This document shows, in pieces, positions 48,610-55,859 of a stretch of DNA of 64,000 nt; position 1 is the first letter of the stretch; every line of letters begins with the position of its first letter. Below the pieces are notes generated by a model. That model did not search any database, was not told where the DNA came from, and saw only the letters and a list, made by a program, of their open reading frames with translations. A program made the translations under genes and the position numbers. This DNA comes from Escherichia phage vB_EcoM-Pr121LW, in the sequence record MH752840.1, one strand, 5' to 3'.

Positions 48610-49035
48610 ATGATCTATGAAATGCCAAAACTGATTCATGACGATGCCCAAAACGCTCACACCATTATTATGGGTAAGCGCATGGATATTATTTGTCATA
48701 AAGATTTCTGGGAAGGGAGTTACTTCACGGAATATTTTGGTAAACTGGATAATGGTCTGCTGATCCAGTTCTACACCGATGCGGAAAACAATATCTGCTG
48801 GGAGTTCGAAACTGAAGATATCCATAAACTTTTCACCTTCCTAGGTATTAAGGTTGAGGCCAAGTTCGAAGAAGGTGAGTGCGACGATTGTGGATTCTAC
48901 GAGGTAACAGATTTCTATCTCCCAAGTGGTGAGAACCTTTACTATGAAAGCCACTTCGGCAACTCAAATATGCCACAAGGTTGGGATGAGTTTTTTGAAA
49001 TTGTGGAAGAGGAGCTGGCATACCGTGATTATTGA
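48610..49035 (+). CDS. hypothetical protein
   Basis: 141 aa. Confidence 0.5.
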   Translation: MIYEMPKLIHDDAQNAHTIIMGKRMDIICHKDFWEGSYFTEYFGKLDNGLLIQFYTDAENNICWEFETEDIHKLFTFLGIKVEAKFEEGECDDCGFYEVTDFYLPSGENLYYESHFGNSNMPQGWDEFFEIVEEELAYRDY

Positions 49036-49483
49036 TACTGTAGAGGGAGATTTAATCTCCCTTTTTAAGAGCGGCGCTGGTCACCTGATCCACGGTTGTA
49101 ACTGCTTCCACACAATGGGCAAGGGGATAGCAAAACAGATTGCCCGTGAGTTCCCTCAAGCATTGGCAGCTGACAAAGAGACCAGACATGGTTGCCTAAG
49201 TAAACTGGGTGCGTTCTCCCGATGGGAGCACTTATCTCCGAGAGGTATTGTCTACGGAATCAATCTGTATACTCAGTTCTACCCAGGACCTAATGCTGAA
49301 TATTTCTCAATCCTGAAAGGCTTTGAGCTAGTCAATGAGGTATTCAGTGGATCGACTTTACCATTCTACATCCCTAAGATCGGGTGCGGCATAGGCGGTT
49401 TGAAGTGGGAGCACGTAGAGGACGTTATTAACCTTGCCACTTTTGATATGAATATTATCGTGGTGGAGTACAAAAAGTGTTGA
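49025..49483 (+). CDS. macro-domain protein (ADP-ribose binding/processing)
   Basis: ORF track 48926 overlaps upstream gene; GTG 49025 preferred; motifs HGCNCFHTMGKGIAKQIAREFP and PKIGCGIGGL. Confidence 0.65.
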   Translation: MIIDTVEGDLISLFKSGAGHLIHGCNCFHTMGKGIAKQIAREFPQALAADKETRHGCLSKLGAFSRWEHLSPRGIVYGINLYTQFYPGPNAEYFSILKGFELVNEVFSGSTLPFYIPKIGCGIGGLKWEHVEDVINLATFDMNIIVVEYKKC

Positions 49484-49508
49484 CAGCGGGTTTTTGAGAT
49501 GGTATAGT
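49480..49508 (+). promoter_or_regulatory. sigma70 promoter TTGACA-17-TATAGT
   Basis: -35 at 49480-49485 overlaps macro gene stop; -10 at 49503-49508. Confidence 0.6.
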
Positions 49509-49536
49509 CACCACAACGATTGAGAGAGGGAGCACT

Positions 49537-49707
49537 ATGGAGACTAAAATCTTAATTCTGGCTGTGATAGATACAACCGAAGGGGCTGTGTTCGAATCTG
49601 CAGGAGGGTATTTCTACCTACCCTACGGAAAAAGAACTGCTGAACCAGGTAAAGATTCAATCATCAAAGTGTTCCCGTGTGCTTTCTGGCTGGATATTTT
49701 GGTATAA
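49537..49707 (+). CDS. small hypothetical protein (not in ORF track)
   Basis: 56 codons; GAGGGAG SD; directly downstream of promoter. Confidence 0.3.
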   Translation: METKILILAVIDTTEGAVFESAGGYFYLPYGKRTAEPGKDSIIKVFPCAFWLDILV

Positions 49708-49733
49708 GATTGCAGAGGATTTGGGAGAGAATT

Positions 49734-49928
49734 ATGAGAAACAAGAGAGAGCTTTACTCTGGCGAGTGGATAAACGATCAACAGGTTGGAGAGGTAACCT
49801 GCTTCCGGTGTTTTACTCGGTACAATCTTAAAACTGCACCAAAAAGTGTTCCAAAGACTGATGGTTATTACATAAAAGAGCCTCATTGCCCGAAATGTAA
49901 ATGCCGAGTATACTGGAGTAACCTGTAA
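49734..49928 (+). CDS. small zinc-ribbon protein
   Basis: ORF track 49677 (GTG); ATG 49734 with GGAGAG SD; CFRC…CPKC. Confidence 0.45.
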   Translation: MRNKRELYSGEWINDQQVGEVTCFRCFTRYNLKTAPKSVPKTDGYYIKEPHCPKCKCRVYWSNL

Positions 49929-49932
49929 AAGA

Positions 49933-49960
49933 TTGACATCTGAAAACTGCGGTGTATAAT
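49933..49960 (+). promoter_or_regulatory. sigma70 promoter TTGACA-16-TATAAT
   Basis: -35 at 49933-49938, -10 at 49955-49960. Confidence 0.6.
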
Positions 49961-49991
49961 ACAAACATAAACTAGCAGAGAGGGATATATT

Positions 49992-50183
49992 ATGGTAATT
50001 TTTAATCGAGACGGTATCATAGTCAGGCAGCACCCATTCCTTGAATACTATCAAATTGAGCAATGGTGCTACGGAGATTGCAGTCACTCCTATGGGCAAA
50101 GTTGGGGATATCGCACAGTTTTTGAATCAACAGACCTTGACAAAGTAAGACAGAAAGTTTTAGAACTTATTAACAACAAGTGA
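49992..50183 (+). CDS. hypothetical protein
   Basis: 63 aa. Confidence 0.45.
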   Translation: MVIFNRDGIIVRQHPFLEYYQIEQWCYGDCSHSYGQSWGYRTVFESTDLDKVRQKVLELINNK

Positions 50184-50193
50184 GTATCGTGCC

Positions 50194-50526
50194 ATGGTAA
50201 CATTGGAAAGACGTAAAGCTATCGCCGCCACACTGGCAGACATCTTTTGGGATTGCAACTTAAAAGATACCCGAAATTGTGGCGCATCTGTAGATGTATT
50301 ATTCCCACGGCCTACCATTGTTGCAATGGGAAACCTGTCAAACGTAGTGTACGGAGCATGGGACAAAGAAGGTGGATTCTATATCTGGCAACCTGACTAC
50401 GGAGCCTGGAAAGAGGTAAGGGGTGCGGTTGACTTTGGGCCTACAAGTGCTAAGATGGATGGCTGGGAAATTTATGTTGGAAACGACATGAAGCTGAAAG
50501 GCGAGATTGTTTACTGGTTGCCTTAA
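50194..50526 (+). CDS. hypothetical protein
   Basis: 110 aa. Confidence 0.5.
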   Translation: MVTLERRKAIAATLADIFWDCNLKDTRNCGASVDVLFPRPTIVAMGNLSNVVYGAWDKEGGFYIWQPDYGAWKEVRGAVDFGPTSAKMDGWEIYVGNDMKLKGEIVYWLP

Positions 50527-50546
50527 GAACGTGCAGGAGATAAAGT

Positions 50547-50792
50547 ATGAACAAAGGGTGGACATTCGTAGACGGCGTTAAAAACATGCCTCTTGGAAAG
50601 TATATTGTAGCCATGGCAGATGAGAATGGCAAGGTGGATTTCGGAGTTTGCGAGGTTGTTCTTGCAGGATCTGGCGACTATGTGCACAAAACTGGGATAA
50701 TTAACGGTCATTTCTACTTTGATTACAACCCTGTTGTGGCGTATATGGCTATGCCAGAGTTTAAGTTCCCAAAGGAGGGTGCTGATGTTTAA
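50547..50792 (+). CDS. hypothetical protein
   Basis: 81 aa; AGGAG SD. Confidence 0.5.
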   Translation: MNKGWTFVDGVKNMPLGKYIVAMADENGKVDFGVCEVVLAGSGDYVHKTGIINGHFYFDYNPVVAYMAMPEFKFPKEGADV

Positions 50793-50982
50793 GCTTAAAT
50801 CCGCATGGAACATTGCTGTAGGTGACGAGATCCGTATTCCCGGTGGAGAAACTATTATGAAGATATCTCGTATCGAGTATGAAGGTGACCGTGTATTCCA
50901 CATCTTTGCAGAAGATGGTCGAGAAATTTATATACAGGCAGGCTCTCACATCTATATCCGTAAGAAAGGGGACGACAAATGA
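50785..50982 (+). CDS. hypothetical protein
   Basis: ORF track 50719; ATG 50785 after AAGGAGGG preferred. Confidence 0.45.
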   Translation: MFKLKSAWNIAVGDEIRIPGGETIMKISRIEYEGDRVFHIFAEDGREIYIQAGSHIYIRKKGDDK

Positions 50983-51311
50983 CAGAGATCATCGTTTCAA
51001 CTGCAGGGTATGTATTCCTGACAATCATTGCGCTGGCTATTCTGGTGGCGGTGTATGGATTTGTTATCCTGCCTATTCTTGAGACATTTAGTTTGTGTCG
51101 GTGTTGGAGAAAAGCTTACGGACCACAACCGTGGAAAGACTGGTTCCATTTGGTGCGTATAGCGTTCTCTTATGCCTATGACCACTCTAGCAGTGCATGC
51201 GTAACCGGGTACCATGCCTACAACTGGAACTGGGAAGGGTTGGGGAGATGGACTGTTACAAAAACTATACCCTTACGGTTGTACAAAGGAAAGAACAAAC
51301 TGGGCACCTGA
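50979..51311 (+). CDS. small membrane protein
   Basis: 110 aa; N-terminal hydrophobic helix FLTIIALAILVAVYGFVILPIL. Confidence 0.5.
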   Translation: MTEIIVSTAGYVFLTIIALAILVAVYGFVILPILETFSLCRCWRKAYGPQPWKDWFHLVRIAFSYAYDHSSSACVTGYHAYNWNWEGLGRWTVTKTIPLRLYKGKNKLGT

Positions 51312-51355
51312 TATTTTAAGTTATCAGGTTCCCAGAGATCAGGAGGATTTCTAAA

Positions 51356-51568
51356 ATGGATTTCCTCCTTTTGATATTTCACCGGACCAGATATTTTAAA
51401 ATTCTTAGAAAATCAGAAAATGGATCGAAAACTAAAATGGATTTTTTCAACACAGGCGCGGAAAATTGTGCCAATCTATCTAGCCGTTTGCACCATATTC
51501 GAAATCACCGTTCCAGATTTCCCACACATACACACCTCCCCGCCATACCTTTCTCCACTCACTCTTAG
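51356..51568 (+). CDS. basic His/Arg-rich hypothetical protein
   Basis: 70 aa; strong AGGAGG SD 7 nt upstream; sits inside repeat-rich region so coding status uncertain. Confidence 0.35.
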   Translation: MDFLLLIFHRTRYFKILRKSENGSKTKMDFFNTGAENCANLSSRLHHIRNHRSRFPTHTHLPAIPFSTHS

Positions 51569-51620
51569 TGATTTATGACGGAAAACCCATCACTATCAGT
51601 GAGTTGCGGTACAATTTTTC

Positions 51621-51800
51621 CAGTACTCGATCTACTTTTCATTTCATGGTTTGGATTTTCTGAAAATTTTTCTCGATAAATTTCTCAGTACTCGATCTGT
51701 TTTTCGTTTTCTGAATCGGATTTTCTGGAAATCGTTCCGGCTCTCGACCTGAAATTTTTGGGGACGAAATCGATTTTTCGTTTTCAGAAATGGATTTTTA
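51621..51800. repeat. AT-rich direct repeats with ~65-bp period (two good copies plus a degenerate third)
   Basis: CAGTACTCGATCT at 51621 and 51686; shared TTTTCnTTTTC…GGATTTTCTGRAAA tails. Confidence 0.7.
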
Positions 51801-51912
51801 AAATTTCTATATGGGAATATTTTATGGGGTACTGTTTTATAGGAAATTGTTACGGATGGTAATTAGCATGCTAATTAAATTTATTAAATGCGAGGAGTTC
51901 TCATTTAGAATT

Positions 51913-51931
51913 TTGAATGATAATCATTCTC
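51913..51931. promoter_or_regulatory. Fur-box-like palindrome (15/19 to GATAATGATAATCATTATC)
   Basis: ttgAATGATAATCATTcTC; core AATGATAATCATT is a perfect 6-1-6 palindrome. Confidence 0.35.
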
Positions 51932-51946
51932 GTTTGCAGAATAACG

Positions 51947-51969
51947 GGCAGGCCCGGTGATTGTCTCCC
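51947..51969 (+). repeat. GC-rich 23-bp element GGCAGGCCCGGTGATTGTCTCCC (copy A)
   Basis: Inverted copy at 61604-61626 (22/23 identical); variant at 52088-52121. Confidence 0.8.
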
Positions 51970-52048
51970 GGCCCCTACTGCCCCGGCTTGCTATTATAGT
52001 AACACACAGGACAAAGAAAGCAAGAAGTTTTTGCATAAATTTTTAGAC

Positions 52049-52067
52049 GATAATGATAATCGTTCTC
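52049..52067. promoter_or_regulatory. Fur-box-like site (17/19 to GATAATGATAATCATTATC)
   Basis: GATAATGATAATCgTTcTC; followed 20 nt later by GC element variant, repeating the arrangement at 51913-51969. Confidence 0.4.
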
Positions 52068-52087
52068 ATTTCATGCAGCGCCCATCC

Positions 52088-52121
52088 CCGGTGGTTGTCT
52101 CCCCCGTCACCGGTGCCTGCC
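52088..52121. repeat. variant GC element CCGGTGGTTGTCTCCC…CACCGGTGCCTGCC (copy B)
   Basis: Carries both halves of the 23-bp element in rearranged, partly inverted form. Confidence 0.6.
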
Positions 52122-52146
52122 GTCCTTTCGATAGGTATATTGTGCC

Positions 52147-52285
52147 ACCTGGCGGGGCCGCTGTCAACACTTTTCAAAAAATTTTTCTAACCTGATGCGC
52201 TAACCGCTGCAACCTGGCGGGGCCAGCCTGGCAGTACCTAACTGACCAGGTAGGAGAGAATGAAGGCTTGTAAACCTGGTGGGCC
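52147..52285 (+). repeat. three direct copies of ACCTGG(C/T)GGGCC at 62-65 bp spacing
   Basis: Copies at 52147, 52212 and 52274; related copies at 52451 and 59321. Confidence 0.6.
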
Positions 52286-52326
52286 TATGCTATAGGATAG
52301 GTAACAATTGAAGAGGAGGTACAAAA

Positions 52327-52503
52327 ATGAAAGGTAATATAATCCCCCTGGAAAATGTAGCTATTAATGACGCTGAGGCTATCGCCCTGGTTGAAAAGGC
52401 TATGGCGGGAGCGTTGGAACATAAAGAAGAGTACGAAAAAATGATGGTTAACCTGGCAGGGGCGGCGGCTGGAGAATTCTGCCCAAAAAATAATTTTACA
52501 TAA
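52327..52503 (+). CDS. small hypothetical protein (58 aa, not in ORF track)
   Basis: GAGGAGG SD 7 nt upstream of ATG; stop abuts next promoter. Confidence 0.45.
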   Translation: MKGNIIPLENVAINDAEAIALVEKAMAGALEHKEEYEKMMVNLAGAAAGEFCPKNNFT

Positions 52504-52506
52504 TGG

Positions 52507-52535
52507 TTGACAGCTCGGATAGTTCTTGTTATTCT
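52507..52535 (+). promoter_or_regulatory. sigma70-like promoter TTGACA-17-TATTCT
   Basis: -35 at 52507-52512, -10 at 52530-52535. Confidence 0.5.
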
Positions 52536-52587
52536 TATCCTCGCAAGGTGAACAACACCACACTAATTAACAAAGAGGATAAAAATC

Positions 52588-52785
52588 ATGAACGCATACG
52601 GAATCAAAGTACGTCGCAACACTCGCCAGGTGGTCACCGACCAAGTGATTTGCCGGGTGGATGTAACCATCAACAACGGGCAAGGCCTTTATAAATTTCG
52701 TCGCGGTCATAGCTATACCCTGCAACAGCTTAACCGTTGCGCCCTGACAAAAGGTCAGATCAACCACTGGTTTAATAAAAAATAA
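52588..52785 (+). CDS. small basic hypothetical protein
   Basis: 65 aa; SD/start context AAGAGGATAAAAATCATG. Confidence 0.5.
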   Translation: MNAYGIKVRRNTRQVVTDQVICRVDVTINNGQGLYKFRRGHSYTLQQLNRCALTKGQINHWFNKK

Positions 52786-52788
52786 ATA

Positions 52789-52817
52789 TTGACATATAGT
52801 CTGACACAAAATATACT
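52789..52817 (+). promoter_or_regulatory. sigma70 promoter TTGACA-17-TATACT
   Basis: -35 at 52789-52794, -10 at 52812-52817. Confidence 0.65.
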
Positions 52818-52849
52818 GAAATCACAAAAGACACTAAGAGGATAAAATC

Positions 52850-53248
52850 ATGAAAACCACAACCTTTAATTTTGATAATGCCGACTTCTCTTTTTCTGAT
52901 GTCAAGAACTGCCGCCGTGATCGTGGATTTTACAAGGCTTATAATCTGGTGGGCCTGGACGATGACAATAATTTGCACGAAGTAGCTGAGATCCGGTATT
53001 ATGCCGCCTCCAGCGGTAACACTCATTATTGCGTCTTTTGGATGCACGACAGCAAGAACAACAAGTACGGTTATACTGGTGGCAAGGCGAGCGGTCACGG
53101 TTATGATAAGGCCAATGCAGCACTTGAAAGCGCGTTAAATGCTATGGGGATCACTGCCAACGGCTGGATCTATGAAGATGAGTTTTTGTCAGCACTTGCT
53201 GCCCACCTGGGGTATAAAAAGCACATTGTGACATGCGCCCACGAATAA
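52850..53248 (+). CDS. hypothetical protein
   Basis: 132 aa; SD AAGAGGATAAAATCATG. Confidence 0.55.
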   Translation: MKTTTFNFDNADFSFSDVKNCRRDRGFYKAYNLVGLDDDNNLHEVAEIRYYAASSGNTHYCVFWMHDSKNNKYGYTGGKASGHGYDKANAALESALNAMGITANGWIYEDEFLSALAAHLGYKKHIVTCAHE

Positions 53249-53260
53249 AAAAAAAAAAAA
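53247..53260 (+). repeat. A14 homopolymer tract immediately upstream of promoter
   Basis: 14 consecutive A starting within stop codon of 52850..53248. Confidence 0.9.
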
Positions 53261-53263
53261 TTA

Positions 53264-53291
53264 TTGACACGCTGCAAAATTAAAGTAAACT
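53264..53291 (+). promoter_or_regulatory. sigma70-like promoter TTGACA-16-TAAACT
   Basis: -35 at 53264-53269, -10 at 53286-53291; A-tract upstream. Confidence 0.55.
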
Positions 53292-53301
53292 AGACACAAA
53301 A

Positions 53302-53320
53302 GGCGGGAATGTTTCCCGCC
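53302..53320 (+). promoter_or_regulatory. 5' leader hairpin GGCGGGA-N5-TCCCGCC
   Basis: 7-bp GC stem between -10 and SD; same stem recurs at 55813-55831. Confidence 0.6.
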
Positions 53321-53339
53321 AACACAAAGGAAAAAGATC

Positions 53340-53735
53340 ATGAATAAGAACGTACGCCGCATCATGAACGAACTGGCAAACGATGAAAAAATTATTGATA
53401 TGCATTTGGTCAACATTTGCCGCCGTTGTGTAACATATAACAACCGCGCCGCAAAAGCGCGTGAGATGAACGCAAAAGGCACCTTAAAGCCCTTTCAGGT
53501 GGTTGTAAAATCTATAGCTAATGCAGCAGGCCAGGCGCATGACCACAACAACGAGAGCACTAATATTGATCCGTCTTACGTAATGAAACGGATCCGGACT
53601 TGCAAGAATAAAGAGCAGGTGTATAACGTCATAGATTGGCTGGACTCCATGGGCGATGTGGTTTATAATAGGTTTTCTGCAGCTATCGAGATCCAGCTTG
53701 ACAGACTGGACGGGAAAGTACTGAAAACTTACTGA
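53340..53735 (+). CDS. hypothetical protein
   Basis: 131 aa. Confidence 0.55.
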   Translation: MNKNVRRIMNELANDEKIIDMHLVNICRRCVTYNNRAAKAREMNAKGTLKPFQVVVKSIANAAGQAHDHNNESTNIDPSYVMKRIRTCKNKEQVYNVIDWLDSMGDVVYNRFSAAIEIQLDRLDGKVLKTY

Positions 53736-53783
53736 GTTTATTTTTAGATGGCCTTGACTCCAGGGCCATCAATAAAGTAAACT
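53736..53783 (+). repeat. 45-bp repeated element copy 1: promoter with -35 TTGACT in loop of GATGGCC/GGCCATC inverted repeat
   Basis: TTTATTTTTAGATGGCCTTGACTCCAGGGCCATCAATAAAGTAAA identical at 54357 and 58075; -35 at 53754-53759, -10 TAAACT at 53778-53783. Confidence 0.75.
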
Positions 53784-53814
53784 AACCACAGTTGAGCGGA
53801 AAGGGGGCTTAAAG

Positions 53815-53934
53815 ATGAGTACTACACGCCAGCACACAAAGGTAACTATTATCGTTTGCATCATTGGTTACATCCTGGCGCAAATGTTGATGGGTAGCGC
53901 CAACGGTATCGCAAAATTTTTCTTAAACTTTTAA
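53815..53934 (+). CDS. small hydrophobic peptide (39 aa, not in ORF track)
   Basis: AAAGGGGG SD; predicted single TM helix IIVCIIGYILAQMLMG. Confidence 0.4.
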   Translation: MSTTRQHTKVTIIVCIIGYILAQMLMGSANGIAKFFLNF

Positions 53935-53962
53935 TTGACAAGCTAACTTAGATCAGTATACT
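53935..53962 (+). promoter_or_regulatory. sigma70 promoter TTGACA-16-TATACT
   Basis: -35 at 53935-53940, -10 at 53957-53962. Confidence 0.6.
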
Positions 53963-54012
53963 AAACACATAAACGGGAAAACTTCCCAGAACACACAAAA
54001 GGAGAAAACACC

Positions 54013-54354
54013 ATGACTACTATGACCGCCGCAGAAAAAGCTATGCAGATCGCTGCGCTGAAAAAACAGATCGCAGACCTTGAGAACAAGATCGATAACT
54101 TTGAAATCGACGAGGACAAGTACGACGAAAACTATGATGAATGGTTAGACGAGATCTACGGCGAAATTATGATCGGAAACATTTCTTTTCTTCCGTCGCG
54201 TATCCTCAAGGAGCTAGATCCTATCGCTTACCGCTGCGGATTTAGCGACTACATCGACAGCCTGGATATTGAGGACGATGAAGAATACCAGGAATTGCAG
54301 ACAGAGCTTGAAGAAGTGAAAGAAGAGCTTTCAGAGCTGGAAGAAAACGAGTAA
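54013..54354 (+). CDS. acidic coiled-coil hypothetical protein
   Basis: 113 aa; AAGGAG SD; Glu/Asp-rich C-terminus. Confidence 0.55.
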   Translation: MTTMTAAEKAMQIAALKKQIADLENKIDNFEIDEDKYDENYDEWLDEIYGEIMIGNISFLPSRILKELDPIAYRCGFSDYIDSLDIEDDEEYQELQTELEEVKEELSELEENE

Positions 54355-54402
54355 ATTTATTTTTAGATGGCCTTGACTCCAGGGCCATCAATAAAGTAAA
54401 CT
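54355..54402 (+). repeat. 45-bp repeated element copy 2 (promoter in inverted repeat)
   Basis: -35 TTGACT 54373-54378 between GATGGCC 54366-54372 and GGCCATC 54383-54389; -10 TAAACT 54397-54402. Confidence 0.75.
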
Positions 54403-54443
54403 TTACACTGTTAACACTGAACTAATACAGAGGAGTTAAAACC

Positions 54444-54689
54444 ATGGCCGCACTAATTACCAAATATTACGCCCCTACCAACACCAAAAGCGCCCGTATC
54501 ATGGTAAAAGGCTTCGGACGTAAAAAGGTTTACACCTGGGATTATTCCCTAGACATGGAAGACAACTACACCAACGCGATGACCGATTTTATTAACGAGC
54601 TGAATACGCGGATCTTAACAAATTATAAAATTACCGACATTGCTTATATAGGTGAAGGCGGGATCTGTTTTGTAGGCATTGTGAAATAG
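54444..54689 (+). CDS. hypothetical protein
   Basis: 81 aa; GAGGAG SD. Confidence 0.55.
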   Translation: MAALITKYYAPTNTKSARIMVKGFGRKKVYTWDYSLDMEDNYTNAMTDFINELNTRILTNYKITDIAYIGEGGICFVGIVK

Positions 54690-54737
54690 TTATTTTTTCG
54701 GTGGTCCTTGCTGCAGGGCCATCTATAAAGATAATTT
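54690..54737 (+). repeat. diverged copy of the 45-bp element with CTTGCT-17-GATAAT
   Basis: TTATTTTTTCGGTGGTCCTTGCTGCAGGGCCATCTATAAAGATAATTT; partial inverted repeat retained. Confidence 0.5.
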
Positions 54738-54764
54738 ACTAACACCATGAAAGGAGAAAGTAAC

Positions 54765-55118
54765 ATGATCAGCGGGGCTAGTTTTATTATTGGCGCTATT
54801 GCTACGGCTTTAATTGTAAACAAGATCCAGGATAAAAAGGAAAGAGGAAGTACCGCCCTTGCAGAATATCCATTTTGGACATTCAACGATAACGAAGATT
54901 ATATTGTAAAGTATAAAAATAAAGAAGGTTACCAAGTAACACCGCGACCGATCCCTGCTTACAAGATGCAGGAAACACTATACCGCCTGGAGGCGGGGGG
55001 CGCAAAAATTGTAGACTTTTGGGGATACGATCACACAGATCAGGAAGCTATAAAGCGACGTATCAGGGCTATTCAGGCCAATATTGAAGTTAGCAAGGGG
55101 GGAATATATGAAGATTAA
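54765..55118 (+). CDS. hypothetical protein with N-terminal hydrophobic segment
   Basis: ORF track 54747; ATG 54765 after AAAGGAG preferred. Confidence 0.5.
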   Translation: MISGASFIIGAIATALIVNKIQDKKERGSTALAEYPFWTFNDNEDYIVKYKNKEGYQVTPRPIPAYKMQETLYRLEAGGAKIVDFWGYDHTDQEAIKRRIRAIQANIEVSKGGIYED

Positions 55119-55305
55119 TTTTGAGAAAATTGTAAAGCGATCTCATGATTCCGAAGAGCTGCCGGAACGCCGCCAGCGTAACAATAAACTGAATAAGCCA
55201 AAAAGATTTGGGAAGATCTGGCGGAATCATTATGATCGTAAATTGCCGGGCCTCCTTTTGGAACGTGAACGGCAGGCGGAACGATACCGCCACAAAGGCA
55301 ACTAA
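55106..55305 (+). CDS. small basic hypothetical protein
   Basis: ORF track 55084; ATG 55106 after AAGGGGGG preferred; overlaps upstream stop. Confidence 0.45.
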
Positions 55306-55313
55306 CAACCAAC

Positions 55314-55342
55314 GCCCCGCCATAGTGCGGGGCTTTTTATTT
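55314..55342 (+). terminator. rho-independent terminator GCCCCGC-CATAGT-GCGGGGC plus T5
   Basis: 7-bp GC stem followed by TTTTTATTT. Confidence 0.75.
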
Positions 55343-55464
55343 CTATCCTACGAATAGCGCCCCTGGTTGGCCCTGTAAGCGCCAAAAAGCCCCCCCACCT
55401 ATGCAATCGCCCCCTTTAACCTGAAAACATCGCCCAGGGCCGTTTTATGGCGTTAAAAATATCA

Positions 55465-55492
55465 TTGACATCGTCAACAGGTTAGCTATACT
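55465..55492 (+). promoter_or_regulatory. sigma70 promoter TTGACA-16-TATACT
   Basis: -35 at 55465-55470, -10 at 55487-55492. Confidence 0.6.
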
Positions 55493-55524
55493 AACCACAT
55501 CAAAGAGAGAAAGGAGTAAACGCC

Positions 55525-55785
55525 ATGCGTAAATTAAAAAATTTTGATAAAGTTGATGTTATCCTGAATAATTTCTACTACTGCAACAACAAGGCTATTT
55601 GGTGGCGTGATAGTTCCACCGATAAAGTCAAGGCGCGCTTTCTTCAGGGGCATTGGCAAGGCCGCCCAGTGATTAAAATCATGGGGCAATTGGTAGCGTT
55701 TAAAAATTGCCGCCGTGTTGATGACGTTGAGGAGATTTTAAACATTTTGCGCCACAATAATTTAAAAAATAGTGTTGACAAGTAA
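55525..55785 (+). CDS. hypothetical protein
   Basis: 86 aa; AAGGAG SD. Confidence 0.55.
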   Translation: MRKLKNFDKVDVILNNFYYCNNKAIWWRDSSTDKVKARFLQGHWQGRPVIKIMGQLVAFKNCRRVDDVEEILNILRHNNLKNSVDK

Positions 55786-55802
55786 ATCTCAATAAGTATA
55801 AT
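55775..55802 (+). promoter_or_regulatory. sigma70 promoter TTGACA-16-TATAAT
   Basis: -35 at 55775-55780 overlaps upstream stop; -10 at 55797-55802; leader hairpin at 55813-55831. Confidence 0.65.
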
Positions 55803-55859
55803 TAAACACACAGGCGGGAAAACTTCCCGCCACCAACAAAGAAAACAGGAGAAAATATC

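Noticed and set aside
49590-49615. tRNA T-loop-like sequence GTGTTCGAATCTGCAG
   Set aside because: Flanking sequence cannot form a 5-bp T-stem or a cloverleaf, and it lies inside a small ORF; no other tRNA-like signature was found in the window.
51917-52195. 92-aa + strand ORF in the noncoding repeat region
   Set aside because: Lies across the Fur-like and GC-rich repeats, has no SD, and its translation simply mirrors the repeat (same TGRPGDCLP peptide as the antisense ORF at 61132..61713).
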